A stretch of DNA of 64,000 nt from Moraxellaceae bacterium (GTDB lineage: Bacteria > Pseudomonadota > Gammaproteobacteria > Pseudomonadales > Moraxellaceae), in contig JAGLBJ010000001.1 in NCBI GenBank assembly GCA_018260315.1, forward strand, positions 42,420 to 106,419, read 5' to 3'. Below, in pieces: positions 37,786 to 49,800 of the stretch. The translations under genes were made by a program, and so were the position numbers. The stretch's first letter is position 1; the number at the start of each line of letters is the position of its first letter. The notes under the pieces are model-generated. The model searched no databases and was not told the origin of the DNA. It worked only from the letters and a program-made list of their open reading frames with translations.

Positions 37786-38236
37786 CCTTTTATACAGCAA
37801 CTGTTAGCATGGTCAAAAGTTGCATCACACTTAAACGGTTGCATCGCTGTATCATACTTTGATGTTTAGCAATGAACAAGCCTAAAGCCTTATTATTACA
37901 TATCTAAACAATAAACTATAAGATCGTTGCTTTTTTAAGAAAATAATATGAAGTATCAAGACATTACTTCATTTATGCAACCATCTGATTACAGACGATC
38001 GAATCAATGAGCTTTTAACCGAATAAACACTTGCTCACTCAACTCACCATTATCCTTTATTTTTACAATAGTTCACTACCTTAAGTCTAACGTTTTACGG
38101 CTTTCATCGGAAATGTGCATATTTTAAGGAGCAAACAGATCAATTGTGCTCATTCACTCTTATATTTAAGGCCAGTCTTACTTATAGTGAACATTTGTAA
38201 GATGTTTTAAAATAATTGTTTAACCATGTTTATAAG

Positions 38237-39325
38237 CTAAAGATTAGATTCATCATTTAAAACAAAACCATTGACCTGCCCATAAGCGTTGACAAAGGGC
38301 GCCGTCAATTCCATCATCAATTGAATATGCAAAGCGGAGCTATTTAAAGCCGGAATATACTCATATTCACGCCCGCCAGCCTCTAAAAAGACCTCTTTAT
38401 TTTCAATCGCCAGCTCTTCTAACGTTTCTAAACAATCGGCACTAAATGCAGGACTGATAACGTGTACCGAATGCACGCCAGCCTTACCCCAGTCTTCTAA
38501 AGTTTGATTGGTATAGGGTTTAACCCACTCTTGCTTGCCAAAACGCGATTGAAAAGCGATACCCCATTGATTCGCTTGTAAATTCAAGGCCTTAGCTAAA
38601 CGTTCAGCAGTCGTATGACACTGTGCCGCATAGGGGTCACCTTTTTGGACATTGACCGCCGGTATACCGTGAAAGGACATTAACAGGCGTTCAGCCTGAC
38701 CATGCTCGGCCCAAAACTGTCGTACACTTTCTGCCAAGGCAGCAATATAGGTTGAATGCGCATGGTAATCCTTAATAATGGTTAAATGCACTAAATCGCG
38801 TTGCTGGCGGCACCAGTCTTGAACGGCATCATAAACAGGAGCCGTCGAAGTGGCCGAAAACTGCGGGAATAACGGTAAAACAATAAAATGCGTCATACCG
38901 GCTTGCCGCAATTGACTAAGCACATCATGAATATGCGGCGAGCTGTAGCGCATCGCTGGCACCACTTGAACCGTCGGCGCGTTTTGAGCTTGCTTACCCT
39001 GACTGGCTAGCCCAGCATTTAACGTATTATACAGCGCCTGTGCTTGCTCTAACAAAATATGCCGCATCGGAGAATCGCCATTTTGCCAGATATGAGCATA
39101 TGCAGCCGCGACTCGTTTACGCCGCAGGGGAATAACCGCTAGATTTAAAATAAAAAACCATAACCATTTAGGCAATTCAACCACGCGCGTATCACTTAAA
39201 AAAGCCCGTAAAAACCGGCTTACAGCGGTCGGCGTTGGGGCATCCGGTGTGCCTAAATTGACCAACACAATGGCGATTTTAAACATGTGAGCGGACGATT
39301 GAGACGATTTGGGTAAAACTGACAT
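38237..39325 (-). CDS. hemH: Ferrochelatase
   Basis: 362 aa. IAIVLVNLGTPDAPTPTAVSRFLRAFLSDTRVVELP is the HemH N-terminus. The true start may be the internal MFKIAIV (39286). Confidence 0.9.
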   Translation of the reverse strand: MSVLPKSSQSSAHMFKIAIVLVNLGTPDAPTPTAVSRFLRAFLSDTRVVELPKWLWFFILNLAVIPLRRKRVAAAYAHIWQNGDSPMRHILLEQAQALYNTLNAGLASQGKQAQNAPTVQVVPAMRYSSPHIHDVLSQLRQAGMTHFIVLPLFPQFSATSTAPVYDAVQDWCRQQRDLVHLTIIKDYHAHSTYIAALAESVRQFWAEHGQAERLLMSFHGIPAVNVQKGDPYAAQCHTTAERLAKALNLQANQWGIAFQSRFGKQEWVKPYTNQTLEDWGKAGVHSVHVISPAFSADCLETLEELAIENKEVFLEAGGREYEYIPALNSSALHIQLMMELTAPFVNAYGQVNGFVLNDESNL

Positions 39326-39352
39326 TAAAATATAATCCCCAACATAAAGACT

Positions 39353-40426
39353 CTATTGCATACGTTTTAAGGCCCAAGCCCCCGCACCGCCCAGTAAAAT
39401 CAGAGGAACTACGACAAACCAAGCCGGCGAGACGGTATAAATCAAACTCATATAACCTAAAAAATCTTGAAGATAACGAAAGCCTAATCCAACAAATAAA
39501 GCAATGACGATTCTAAATCCGATAGACTGCTGCCGCAGTGGACCAAACACAAACGAACACGCCACAATAACCAGCACTGCCAATGCAAACGGCGCCATCA
39601 GTTTTTGCCACCAGGCCAGTTTATACGAGGCCGGTACACTGCCCTGCTGCTGCATATAGTGCATATATTGCCAAAGCTGGGTAGGCGCTAGTGCACTGGG
39701 CTCACTGGTTAATAAATGCACAAAACGCGGCTCTAGATTTAACGGTATATCATAAGTGGGTTGTAACGTACGGCTTAAACTACCATCCGGTAGCACACGG
39801 GTTAAATAGACCTGTTTTAACCGCCACATCGGCGCTTTACTTAGACTTTGTGGTAAAAAATCGCCGGCTTGGGCAGTCATGGTATTGGTCAGGCGCGCCT
39901 GATTATCAAATTGCATCATTTGAATATCATCAATATGACCCTGACTATTGGCATAGCGCAAATAAATAAACTGTTGATTATTTTTAAGCCAAAAGCCGTG
40001 TACCTCGCCCAGTTTGGCGGTTTGACCGTGCTGGCGTACCCGTTGTGCACGCTCGGCGCTGTACGGCAAAATAAACTGACTCAGCAGCAGACTTAACACC
40101 ATAAATAATAATGCCGGCCGCAGCACCCAGCGCACAATACGCCACAAACTAACCCCCGCCGCCCGCATAATAATGAGCTCACTACTGCTCGCAAGCAACC
40201 CGAGTCCGATAACGCTGCCCATTAAACAGGCAATCGGCAATAACGCATATAAAAATTCGGGCAATAACCAAAAAATATAGGTGAGCGCCTGCCACGCGTT
40301 ATAGTCATTTTTAAGCTCGCTTAACTGACCAATATAAGCAAAAAACGCTTGCAAAAATAGCAGTAAACCCATAGCGCCAAGCATAGCCAGTCCGGTCGTT
40401 TTACTCACATAACGCGCTAACATCAT
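39353..40426 (-). CDS. lptG: LPS export ABC transporter permease LptG
   Basis: 357 aa. YjgP/YjgQ-family permease. MMLARYVSKTTGLAMLGAMGLLLF is the LptG-type N-terminus. Immediately downstream of lptF. Confidence 0.85.
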   Translation of the reverse strand: MMLARYVSKTTGLAMLGAMGLLLFLQAFFAYIGQLSELKNDYNAWQALTYIFWLLPEFLYALLPIACLMGSVIGLGLLASSSELIIMRAAGVSLWRIVRWVLRPALLFMVLSLLLSQFILPYSAERAQRVRQHGQTAKLGEVHGFWLKNNQQFIYLRYANSQGHIDDIQMMQFDNQARLTNTMTAQAGDFLPQSLSKAPMWRLKQVYLTRVLPDGSLSRTLQPTYDIPLNLEPRFVHLLTSEPSALAPTQLWQYMHYMQQQGSVPASYKLAWWQKLMAPFALAVLVIVACSFVFGPLRQQSIGFRIVIALFVGLGFRYLQDFLGYMSLIYTVSPAWFVVVPLILLGGAGAWALKRMQ

Positions 40427-40458
40427 GGCAGTACTCTAAACATTTTTATCCATATAGA

Positions 40459-41568
40459 TTACGACGCTGGGCTACGGCTGGCTAACCGTTGCTGTATTTT
40501 TGGCCAATAATTCAGCCACACTGCAAAACCGGTATATCCCAGCAACACAATCACAAAAAATAACGGGCTTAATTGATTTTTACCGACACGCGTTTTAACG
40601 GCAATCAGCAGCACCACAACTGAGGCAAACATCACGATGGCAGGAAATAATTTTAAAAACCGCCCCTGCCGAGGGCTAACCGAAGATAACGGCAAGGCCA
40701 GTAATACTGCCAGCGCAATGACCCACGGCATCACCAGACGCCACCCCAGTTCTGCACGTGACGGCGCCTGATGTTGCTGGGTTAATAACAGCGGCGTTGA
40801 ACGGGTTTCCAAATCGGTAATGGTTTGACTTGTAGCATCGTGGGCAATGCGCAGCCGATAATATGAAAACTCCACATGATTATATTTTAAGCTATGCGGC
40901 AGGGCCTGATATTGCCGACCATTCACCAAATCGATAATACTGGCTTGCTGGGTGGGGTCTGTAACACGGCTGGCTTTTTGGGCTAAAATCAGCCTGTCCA
41001 TAGCTCCGGGTTTATCGGGCCGTTGATAAATAAACACATTATGCAGCTCGCGCCGGTCATCAGACAAATTATCGGCATAAATAGTATATGGCCCACTCGA
41101 TAAAAATTCACCCGGTTTGACCATATCAAACCCGCTACGCACGGCCTGCGACGCAAACAACACATACGATTCACGCGTGCCCCACGGTCCAACCTGTAGC
41201 GTTAACAGCGCTTCAACCAAGATTAACAACAACACTAAAGGCCACAATTGCCAGCCTAACTGTCCTCGACTAACTCCGCTACTGTTAAAAATTGCCATTT
41301 CGTGGTCGACATATAATCGACCAAACACCAACATCACCCCGATAAATAACGACAACGGCACAATTAAAATTAAAAAATCGGGCAAGCGATAGCCCACAAT
41401 ACTCAATAACACATGAATATCCATACGTCCCTGGGCTGCCAAACCAAAATATTTAACTGACCGCGTACCCACCATAATAAAGGTGAGCAGCGCGGTCACG
41501 ACTGCTGTTGTGCCGAACACTTGACGAATTAAGTATTTTTGAATGATATGCACAGTAACTTTAATCAT
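40459..41568 (-). CDS. lptF: LPS export ABC transporter permease LptF
   Basis: 369 aa. IIQKYLIRQVFGTTAVVTALLTFIMVG is the LptF-type N-terminus. Paired with lptG. The start could be the GTG 5 codons in. Confidence 0.85.
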   Translation of the reverse strand: MIKVTVHIIQKYLIRQVFGTTAVVTALLTFIMVGTRSVKYFGLAAQGRMDIHVLLSIVGYRLPDFLILIVPLSLFIGVMLVFGRLYVDHEMAIFNSSGVSRGQLGWQLWPLVLLLILVEALLTLQVGPWGTRESYVLFASQAVRSGFDMVKPGEFLSSGPYTIYADNLSDDRRELHNVFIYQRPDKPGAMDRLILAQKASRVTDPTQQASIIDLVNGRQYQALPHSLKYNHVEFSYYRLRIAHDATSQTITDLETRSTPLLLTQQHQAPSRAELGWRLVMPWVIALAVLLALPLSSVSPRQGRFLKLFPAIVMFASVVVLLIAVKTRVGKNQLSPLFFVIVLLGYTGFAVWLNYWPKIQQRLASRSPAS

Positions 41569-41854
41569 TTAATCCATTGAGTGAAGCATAACAGGCCTGT
41601 GCGGTTTACGCCATGCAGGTTTTACCGTGATGTTAGCGTTTAACAATGTATAGTCTTATTCAAATTTAAAATTGACCTCTCATTAAATCGATAAAAACTA
41701 TGTTTAGAACTTTCTATCGTTAAATATTTAATCCCTTAAATGCATTACAGTTTTAGTGACCGTCATGCATATTAAATTGTGCATGCTTTGTATCCTGCCG
41801 CCTTGTCTACTCAATTTTTACTTAAAATAAAATCCATTTTTTAGGAAAAACGCT

Positions 41855-43147
41855 ATGTTCTCGCCGCATTTATTACCCGAAACCTTTGATTTTGCAAGCA
41901 TTGACCCTTATGAATTAACCATGCTGGTCATTGGAGTAACGTTATTGCTTGGGGTAATGATTCCGCAGCTATTGTTACGTCGTTATTATACGTTCCCCCT
42001 CATTTTTATGGGCATGGGCGCGCTATTATTTGGATTAAATCCAGAATTATCGCGGCCTATTCCGTTCACGGGCAATGAGCGGCATTTTTGGGAACGCCTG
42101 ACCGAAGCAGTTTTGGTCATCTCGTTGGTAGGGGCAGGCCTAAAAATTGACCAACACGATTTTTGGAAATGGCGCATTAGCTTGCGTTTATTGGCGATTA
42201 CCATGCCGATTTGCATTATTTTAACCGCATGGCTCGGTATGGTCAGCTTAGCCTTTAGTTTGCCGGCAGCCGTTTTATTGGGCGCTATGTTAGCGCCAAC
42301 TGACCCCGTTTTAGCGGGCGATATTCAAGTAGGCCCTCCTAATCAGGGCGACGGCAACCGCGTGCGTTTTGCGTTGACCAGTGAAGCGGGTTTAAACGAT
42401 GGGGCATCTTTTCCGTTTGTGTATTTGGCGATTGGTTTGGCGTCACTGGGTACGGCGCATATGGGTGATTGGATTGGCACATGGTTTGTGCGTGATTTAA
42501 TTTATCGTTTGGTCATGGGCGTTTTTATGGGCTGGCTGGTAGGAAAAACGTTGGCCTTTTTGCTTTATCGTTTTCCCAAGAACAACCCCATTGCCGAATC
42601 CAGCATGGGCGTCATGGCACTGTGTTTATTTTTTGTAGTGTATGGGGCAACAGAACTGGTTGGGGGCTATGGTTTTGTGGCTGCATTTATTGGCGCAGTT
42701 ATGGTGCGGCGGTCATCGTTTGAACACAGTTATAATCACACCATGTTTGAATTTACCGAAAATCTGGAGCACGGATTAACCGCCGTTACGTTGTTTTTTC
42801 TGGGCGGATTATGGATTAATGTCTGGAAATGGATTACGATGCCCATACTGGTGGTCGTCACACTGTTGATTTTAGTCGTGCGACCTTTGGCAGGCTGGAT
42901 TGGTTTAATAGGCAGCAATTACACCTATCCGGAACGGGCAGTCGTCTCGTTTTATGGCATACGGGGCTTGGGGTCTGTGTATTATTTGGCGTATGCCACA
43001 TCGGCTGCAAGTTTTACCGAAGCGCCGCAAATGTGGGCAATCGTCTTAACCGCCTTGATTATGTCGTCGGTCATTCACGGTATTACGGCCATTCCGGTAA
43101 TGCGCTATATCGATTTATTTTCAAGGATTCATCGTTTAAAGGCCTGA
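41855..43147 (+). CDS. Cation:proton antiporter (CPA1, Na+/H+ exchanger family)
   Basis: 430 aa and polytopic. LGAMLAPTDPVLA and SEAGLNDGASFPF are Na_H_exchanger motifs. Confidence 0.8.
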   Translation: MFSPHLLPETFDFASIDPYELTMLVIGVTLLLGVMIPQLLLRRYYTFPLIFMGMGALLFGLNPELSRPIPFTGNERHFWERLTEAVLVISLVGAGLKIDQHDFWKWRISLRLLAITMPICIILTAWLGMVSLAFSLPAAVLLGAMLAPTDPVLAGDIQVGPPNQGDGNRVRFALTSEAGLNDGASFPFVYLAIGLASLGTAHMGDWIGTWFVRDLIYRLVMGVFMGWLVGKTLAFLLYRFPKNNPIAESSMGVMALCLFFVVYGATELVGGYGFVAAFIGAVMVRRSSFEHSYNHTMFEFTENLEHGLTAVTLFFLGGLWINVWKWITMPILVVVTLLILVVRPLAGWIGLIGSNYTYPERAVVSFYGIRGLGSVYYLAYATSAASFTEAPQMWAIVLTALIMSSVIHGITAIPVMRYIDLFSRIHRLKA

Positions 43148-43173
43148 TTTAAGATTCAGCCATGTATAACATG

Positions 43174-43202
43174 AGGGGTCGGTTTAATATCGACCTTTTT
43201 TT
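43174..43202 (+). terminator. Candidate intrinsic terminator of the antiporter gene
   Basis: ggtcg/cgacc core stem, extended by G-U and A-U pairs, with a 9-nt loop, followed by a T7 run. Confidence 0.4.
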
Positions 43203-43226
43203 AAACGATTTAAAATGAAGTTTATG

Positions 43227-43356
43227 ATTAGACCTCTTACATGAATTGCCTTTCGTTTATGTTCTAATCATTGATCAATTTGCCTCATGATATGCGCTTA
43301 CAGAGTTTATCAATCAATCTGATGGGTTAAATCTTGATGCATGAAAGAGGTCTAAT
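43227..43356. repeat. 130-bp element bounded by 20-bp inverted repeats (attagacctcttacatgaat / atgcatgaaagaggtctaat, 18 of 20 complementary)
   Basis: Read directly on both strands. The core tagacctct[t/a]tcat recurs at 44239..44252. Confidence 0.7.
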
Positions 43357-43373
43357 ATTCTTCTGCTTGTTGT

Positions 43374-43838
43374 TTATGCTGCTTTCCAATAAGGTTCACA
43401 GCTCGCCTTATCAACTCTTATATCGGTAATTTTCTTGCCATTTGCAAATTCATAAGTCACCAAATTGACCATGCCAACCCGTATAAAATCCTTGATATCG
43501 GGTTTGGCACATAAAACTGAAACAGTATAGTCAGTAAAATATTTTTGCATTTTATTTGTATCTTTTTCGCTCAGATTATCATAACCGTTTGAGAGCTGCA
43601 AAGTCTGACTCAATGTCAAATCATTCACTTTGGCCATTTTAATGATTTGGGTTCCTGCGTATTCGGTTTGTATGACACTTAGGCTTGGTAATTGCGTATT
43701 TTTGACGGAATAATCGACTGCTTTCCTGGCATTTTCAATTAACTGCTCTTGTACCTGCTTATCGCCACGATCATTTAAGTATTTAATAACGCCCCCCAAT
43801 ACAGCAAGAGCTATTGCTATTATTAAAAATCTATTCAT
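43374..43838 (-). CDS. Hypothetical membrane-anchored or secreted protein
   Basis: 154 aa. N-terminal hydrophobic helix MNRFLIIAIALAVLGGVI. AT-rich codon usage unlike the neighbours. Starts 12 nt after the upstream gene. Confidence 0.6.
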   Translation of the reverse strand: MNRFLIIAIALAVLGGVIKYLNDRGDKQVQEQLIENARKAVDYSVKNTQLPSLSVIQTEYAGTQIIKMAKVNDLTLSQTLQLSNGYDNLSEKDTNKMQKYFTDYTVSVLCAKPDIKDFIRVGMVNLVTYEFANGKKITDIRVDKASCEPYWKAA

Positions 43839-43850
43839 TTTATCTTCTGA

Positions 43851-44081
43851 TTATGCAAACAATACAACCAAAGCCATCATTAAAACAATCGCAAAAATGA
43901 TGATAATTATACCCAATATGCCTCCTTGCCAGCCCGCTAGATGATCCCATGCATTGCTAAATTGGCTAAAGGGTCTATCACTTAAAAATTCTAATAAACC
44001 CATTAGGGCAGCAACCAGTGGCATAGCTAAGAGAATTAACTTGAAGACTCCACCACTTGCTGAAGGGGCATGACCACTCAT
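43851..44081 (-). CDS. Hypothetical small two-TM membrane protein
   Basis: 76 aa. Hydrophobic segments FKLILLAMPLVAALMGLL and ILGIIIIIFAIVLMMALVVLFA. Confidence 0.55.
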   Translation of the reverse strand: MSGHAPSASGGVFKLILLAMPLVAALMGLLEFLSDRPFSQFSNAWDHLAGWQGGILGIIIIIFAIVLMMALVVLFA

Positions 44082-44084
44082 TAT

Positions 44085-44168
44085 CTAGGTTAAAATAATA
44101 AACGAAAAAAAGCCCCCACCTATTAATTTAATGAGTCCGCTTGTTCTTACCGACTCTGTATTCTTCAT
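44085..44168 (-). CDS. Candidate 27-aa peptide (MKNTESVRTSGLIKLIGGGFFSFIILT), first gene of the small-protein cassette
   Basis: Below the ORF-track size cutoff, so translated by hand. GAGGA Shine-Dalgarno 6 nt before the ATG. Its TAG stop is 3 nt before the ATG of the 76-aa gene. Confidence 0.35.
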   Translation of the reverse strand: MKNTESVRTSGLIKLIGGGFFSFIILT

Positions 44169-44238
44169 AAAACTTCCTCATATCTTATGCTGTAAGTACC
44201 TTTATTTTAAATCCAGTTTATTGCACAATTTTTGAGTT

Positions 44239-44252
44239 ATGAAAGAGGTCTA
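44239..44252. repeat. Third copy of the atgaaagaggtcta motif, upstream of the small-protein cassette
   Basis: Identical 14-mer to 43341..43354 in the same orientation. The two copies bracket 43374..44168. Confidence 0.7.
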
Positions 44253-44406
44253 TTGTAAACTCATTTTCTTAGAATTATTTCTATTTTATAAAAAAGAGCG
44301 ATGTTGATATCTCGAAATTGGACAGATTAACTCCAACTTCGTCGCTCAGCCCTCAACGCCTAATAGTAATGTAAATTAATTAAGGAAATAAGCTGCGTTG
44401 CTGCCA

Positions 44407-45231
44407 TTAATCGCCTGCTATACGCTGTAAGTGCCACAGCTCAAATTGCGCCTCGGTTTGCAGCTCAGGTTGGGCTTCAAGCGCTATGCGACGCTCACGG
44501 TTAGCCTTCCATGCATAGGGCGTCATACCGACTAATTGGCTAACGGCCACCTGATTTAAGGTCATTGGTGCCATAATCGTTTGCCGTTCCATACATTGAA
44601 AATGGGCCAATAAAGGCGCCAGAACACGCTCGGGTTCATGCGGTCTAACCTGTTCAAACAGGGCGGCCCGCAGGCTGTGCACATGATTAGATGCTGGAAC
44701 GGCTACCACGACATGACCTTGGGGCGTTAAAATACGCATGATTTCAGCCACTGGAATAGGACTAAATAAACTGGTTACGGCATCAACACTAGCAGGCGCC
44801 ACCGGAATATGGGCAGCACTCGCAACCAGCCACTGAATATCGGTTTTATAGCGTTTAGCCGCCGCCTGTACTGCGGGCTTGGCAATATCAAAGCCCATAA
44901 CGTCTGCTGAAATGTTAGGTAAAACGGACGTATAGTACCCTTCACCACAGCCGATATCGACCACATTGGTAAGCGACAATTGAGCCAGTTTTTGTAAGAA
45001 CGCCCGGCGCAACGGTTCATAATAGCCGCCGTCCAAAAAGGCTCGACGCGCAGCAACGGCTTGAAGCGTATCACCGGGATTCAGACTTTTTTTATGTTGA
45101 ACCGGCAATAGATGAACATAGCCTTCACGCGCCACATCAAAGCCATGACCGTTTTGGCACGTCCATGTTTTAGATGCAGTTCGCAAAGGCGCCTGACAAA
45201 GGGGACATTGATACTGCATAACCACACTCAC
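44407..45231 (-). CDS. rlmA: 23S rRNA (guanine745-N1)-methyltransferase
   Basis: 274 aa. YQCPLCQAPL...WTCQNGHGFDVAREGYVHLLPVQHKKSLNPGDT (Zn-ribbon) and VVDIGCGEGYY (SAM motif), as in E. coli RlmA. Confidence 0.85.
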   Translation of the reverse strand: MSVVMQYQCPLCQAPLRTASKTWTCQNGHGFDVAREGYVHLLPVQHKKSLNPGDTLQAVAARRAFLDGGYYEPLRRAFLQKLAQLSLTNVVDIGCGEGYYTSVLPNISADVMGFDIAKPAVQAAAKRYKTDIQWLVASAAHIPVAPASVDAVTSLFSPIPVAEIMRILTPQGHVVVAVPASNHVHSLRAALFEQVRPHEPERVLAPLLAHFQCMERQTIMAPMTLNQVAVSQLVGMTPYAWKANRERRIALEAQPELQTEAQFELWHLQRIAGD

Positions 45232-45261
45232 TAGCCGTACTTATTTAAACCCAGGCGTACC

Positions 45262-45300
45262 AAAAATAAAGCCCAATCCGACACCATTGCCAGATTGAGC
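45262..45300 (-). terminator. Candidate intrinsic terminator of gltBD
   Basis: On the minus strand, gctcaatc / gattgggc form an 8-bp stem (one G-U pair), followed by UUUAUUUUUGG. Lies about 70 nt after the gltD stop. Confidence 0.5.
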
Positions 45301-45372
45301 CTGTTTTAATTTCACCGATTAACTTAACGAGCCTTAAATTTAACTTAAAACCAATACGCCATGCAAAAAAAC

Positions 45373-46821
<1,449 letters not shown>

Positions 46822-49800
46822 TTATTGAGGGTCGGCTTGAGTGGTTTTTAACAGCGTCAATAAATTGGCCGCCTTCGGTTTAACCAGATAGAACTTGCGC
46901 ACATATTCATCAAAGGCATTTAAAATAGTTTGACCCCACGCACTGCCGGTTTCCTGCACATATTCTTCAAGCACACTGCGTAAATGATGGCGATAATGCT
47001 CGGTTGATTCGGTTGAAATACGATTTAAATCGATAAGTTCATGGTTGCACCGGTCAAAGAAATCTCCTTCCATATCCAGCACATATGCAAAACCACCGGT
47101 CATTCCGGCACCAAAATTCAGGCCAGTACGCCCTAAAACTGTGACCAAACCGCCGGTCATATATTCACAGCAATGGTCGCCCGCGCCTTCAATGACGGCA
47201 TGCGCGCCCGAATTACGCACGGCAAAGCGCTCGCCTGCTGTACCGGCTGCAAAAAGTTTGCCACCCGTTGCGCCATATAAACATGTATTGCCGATAATAG
47301 CCGTTTCCTGACTGGCAAATGGCGACCCTTTCGGCGGATAAATGGCAATCGAACCACCCGCCATGCCTTTGCCGACATAGTCGTTGGAATCACCTTCCAG
47401 GCGAATATGCAGGCCGCCCGCATTCCAGACACCCAACGATTGCCCAGCCGTACCGCTTAAATGCAGGGTAATCGGTGCATCGGTCATGCCTAGATTGCCG
47501 TAACGTTGCGCAATTTCACCCGACAAACGCGCCCCCAGCGACCGGTCACGATTATGCACCGTATAGGTAAATGTGCCACCCGATTTTTGCTCAATCGCAG
47601 GTAGAATATCCTGTACCATTTGCTCGGCCAGTTCGCCCTTGTCATGCGGCTCGTTGCGGCCTTCAGTGCAATATTGCGGCGCACCTTCAGCACTGGCATG
47701 AATCGTCAATAGCGGTTTTAAATCAATATTGCGCTGTTTGTCGGTAGTTCCTTCAATCATGCTGAGTAAATCGGTCCGGCCAATGAGGTCACGCAACGAC
47801 CGCACGCCCAATAACGCCAGCCATTGCCGCGTTTCTTCTGCCACAAACCGGAAGAAATTGATCAGCATGTCAGGCTCGCCGATATAATGCTGTTTACGCA
47901 ATACGTCTTGTTGTGTAGCCACACCGGTTGCACAGTTATTTAAGTGACAGATGCGCAGGTATTTACAACCCAGCGCAATCATCGGCGTAGAACCGAATCC
48001 AAAACTTTCAGCGCCCAAAATCGCCGCTTTCACGACATCTAAACCGGTTTTTAAACCGCCATCGGTCTGAACACGCACCTTGCCGCGCAACCCGTTGATG
48101 CGTAATGCCTGATGCGCTTCCGACAGGCCCAGTTCCCAAGGCGAACCGGCATAATGAATCGACGATAACGGACTTGCTGCCGTTCCGCCGTCATAGCCTG
48201 AAATGGTGATAAAATCGGCATAGGCTTTAGCTACACCGGCAGCAATGGTTCCTACTCCGGGCTCGGCAACCAGTTTGACTGAAACCATCGCACGCGGATT
48301 AACCTGTTTTAAGTCAAAAATCAACTGCGATAAATCTTCAATCGAATAAATATCATGATGCGGTGGTGGTGAAATCAAGGTTACGCCGGGCACCGAATAA
48401 CGTAAGCGTGCAATGAGTCCGTTAACCTTGCCGCCCGGTAATTGCCCGCCTTCACCCGGCTTGGCCCCTTGCGCTACTTTAATCTGCAACACTTCAGCCG
48501 ATGCCAAATAAGCCGGTGTAACACCAAAACGACCTGAAGCAATTTGCTTGATTTTTGAATTTTTGAGCGTACCGTAACGTGCCGGGTCTTCACCACCTTC
48601 ACCCGAATTTGAGCGCCCGCCAATCGTATTCATGGCAATGGCGATCGACTCATGCGCTTCAGGCGACAATGCTCCAAGCGACATACCAGCCGAATCAAAC
48701 CTCGGCAAAATCTCTTCGACTGATTCTACCTCGGCAATATCGATACGCTGTTCGGTATTTAAGGTCAATAAATCACGCAACGTAGCCACAGGTCGATTAT
48801 TCACCAAATCTGCATAGCGCCGATAATCTTCATAATCGCCCGACCGAACCGCATCATGCAACGTGTTTATCACGTCGGGATTAAAGGCATGGTACTCTTT
48901 TTGATAAATATACTTTAACAAACCACCCGCATCAATCGGTTGACGTTTTTTCCAGGCATGCGCCGCCAATAAAGCCTGGTCATGCTCTAAATCAACAAAA
49001 CGCGCCCCTTCGATACGGCTTGGTACGCCTTTAAAACAACACTGTACCACTTCAGAAGCCAGCCCAATGGCTTCAAACAATTGTCCTGCACGGTACGAGG
49101 CAACCGTTGAAATCCCCATTTTCGACAAAATTTTCAGCAGGCCCTTATCAATGCCTTTACGATAATAAGCCTGCGCTTCCAACGGGTCGCCCAACAATTC
49201 CCCACGCGCCACCAAATCGTTAATAACATCATAAGCCAAATACGGATACACCGCCGACGCACCAAAACCAATCAGTACGGCAAACTGATGCGGGTCACGT
49301 GCCAGGCCGGTTTCAACCAGAATATTGGCATCAGTACGCAAGCCCACTTCCGATAAATAATGGTGAATGGCACCCGTGGCTAAAATTGCACTGGCTGGCA
49401 AATAACCGGGCCGAATGGCTTTATCAGACAATAACAGTAGGGTCGCACCATCGCGAACCGCTTGCTCAGCCTCCGCACAAATGCGTTTAAGGGCCGCTTC
49501 CAAGCCTTCGGTTTGGGCATAATTTAAATCGAGGATATAAAGCGCATAACCGGGCCGCTTGATGGCGCGTAACTGCTGCATTTTGCTGGCACTAAGCACG
49601 GGACTCGAAATAATTACACGGTCGGCATGTTCAGGGCTTTGCTCAAATACGTTTTGCTCACGGCCAAGCGAGGTTTCAAGCGACATCACAATCGATTCGC
49701 GCAACGGGTCAATCGGCGGATTGGTCACCTGGGCAAACTGTTGGCGGAAATAATCAGCCACATGACGAATTTTATGTGACAAAACCGCCATCGGAGTATC

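Noticed and set aside
42829-43152. 107-aa plus-strand ORF
   Set aside because: It is out of frame inside the 3' end of the CPA1 antiporter gene, whose TM-helix pattern continues in the annotated frame.
43150-44406. Insertion sequence, integrase or tRNA target flanking the AT-rich cassette
   Set aside because: I found no transposase- or integrase-like ORF and no tRNA-like sequence on either strand. Only short repeats are present, so I report it as a repeat-bracketed cassette rather than a defined mobile element.
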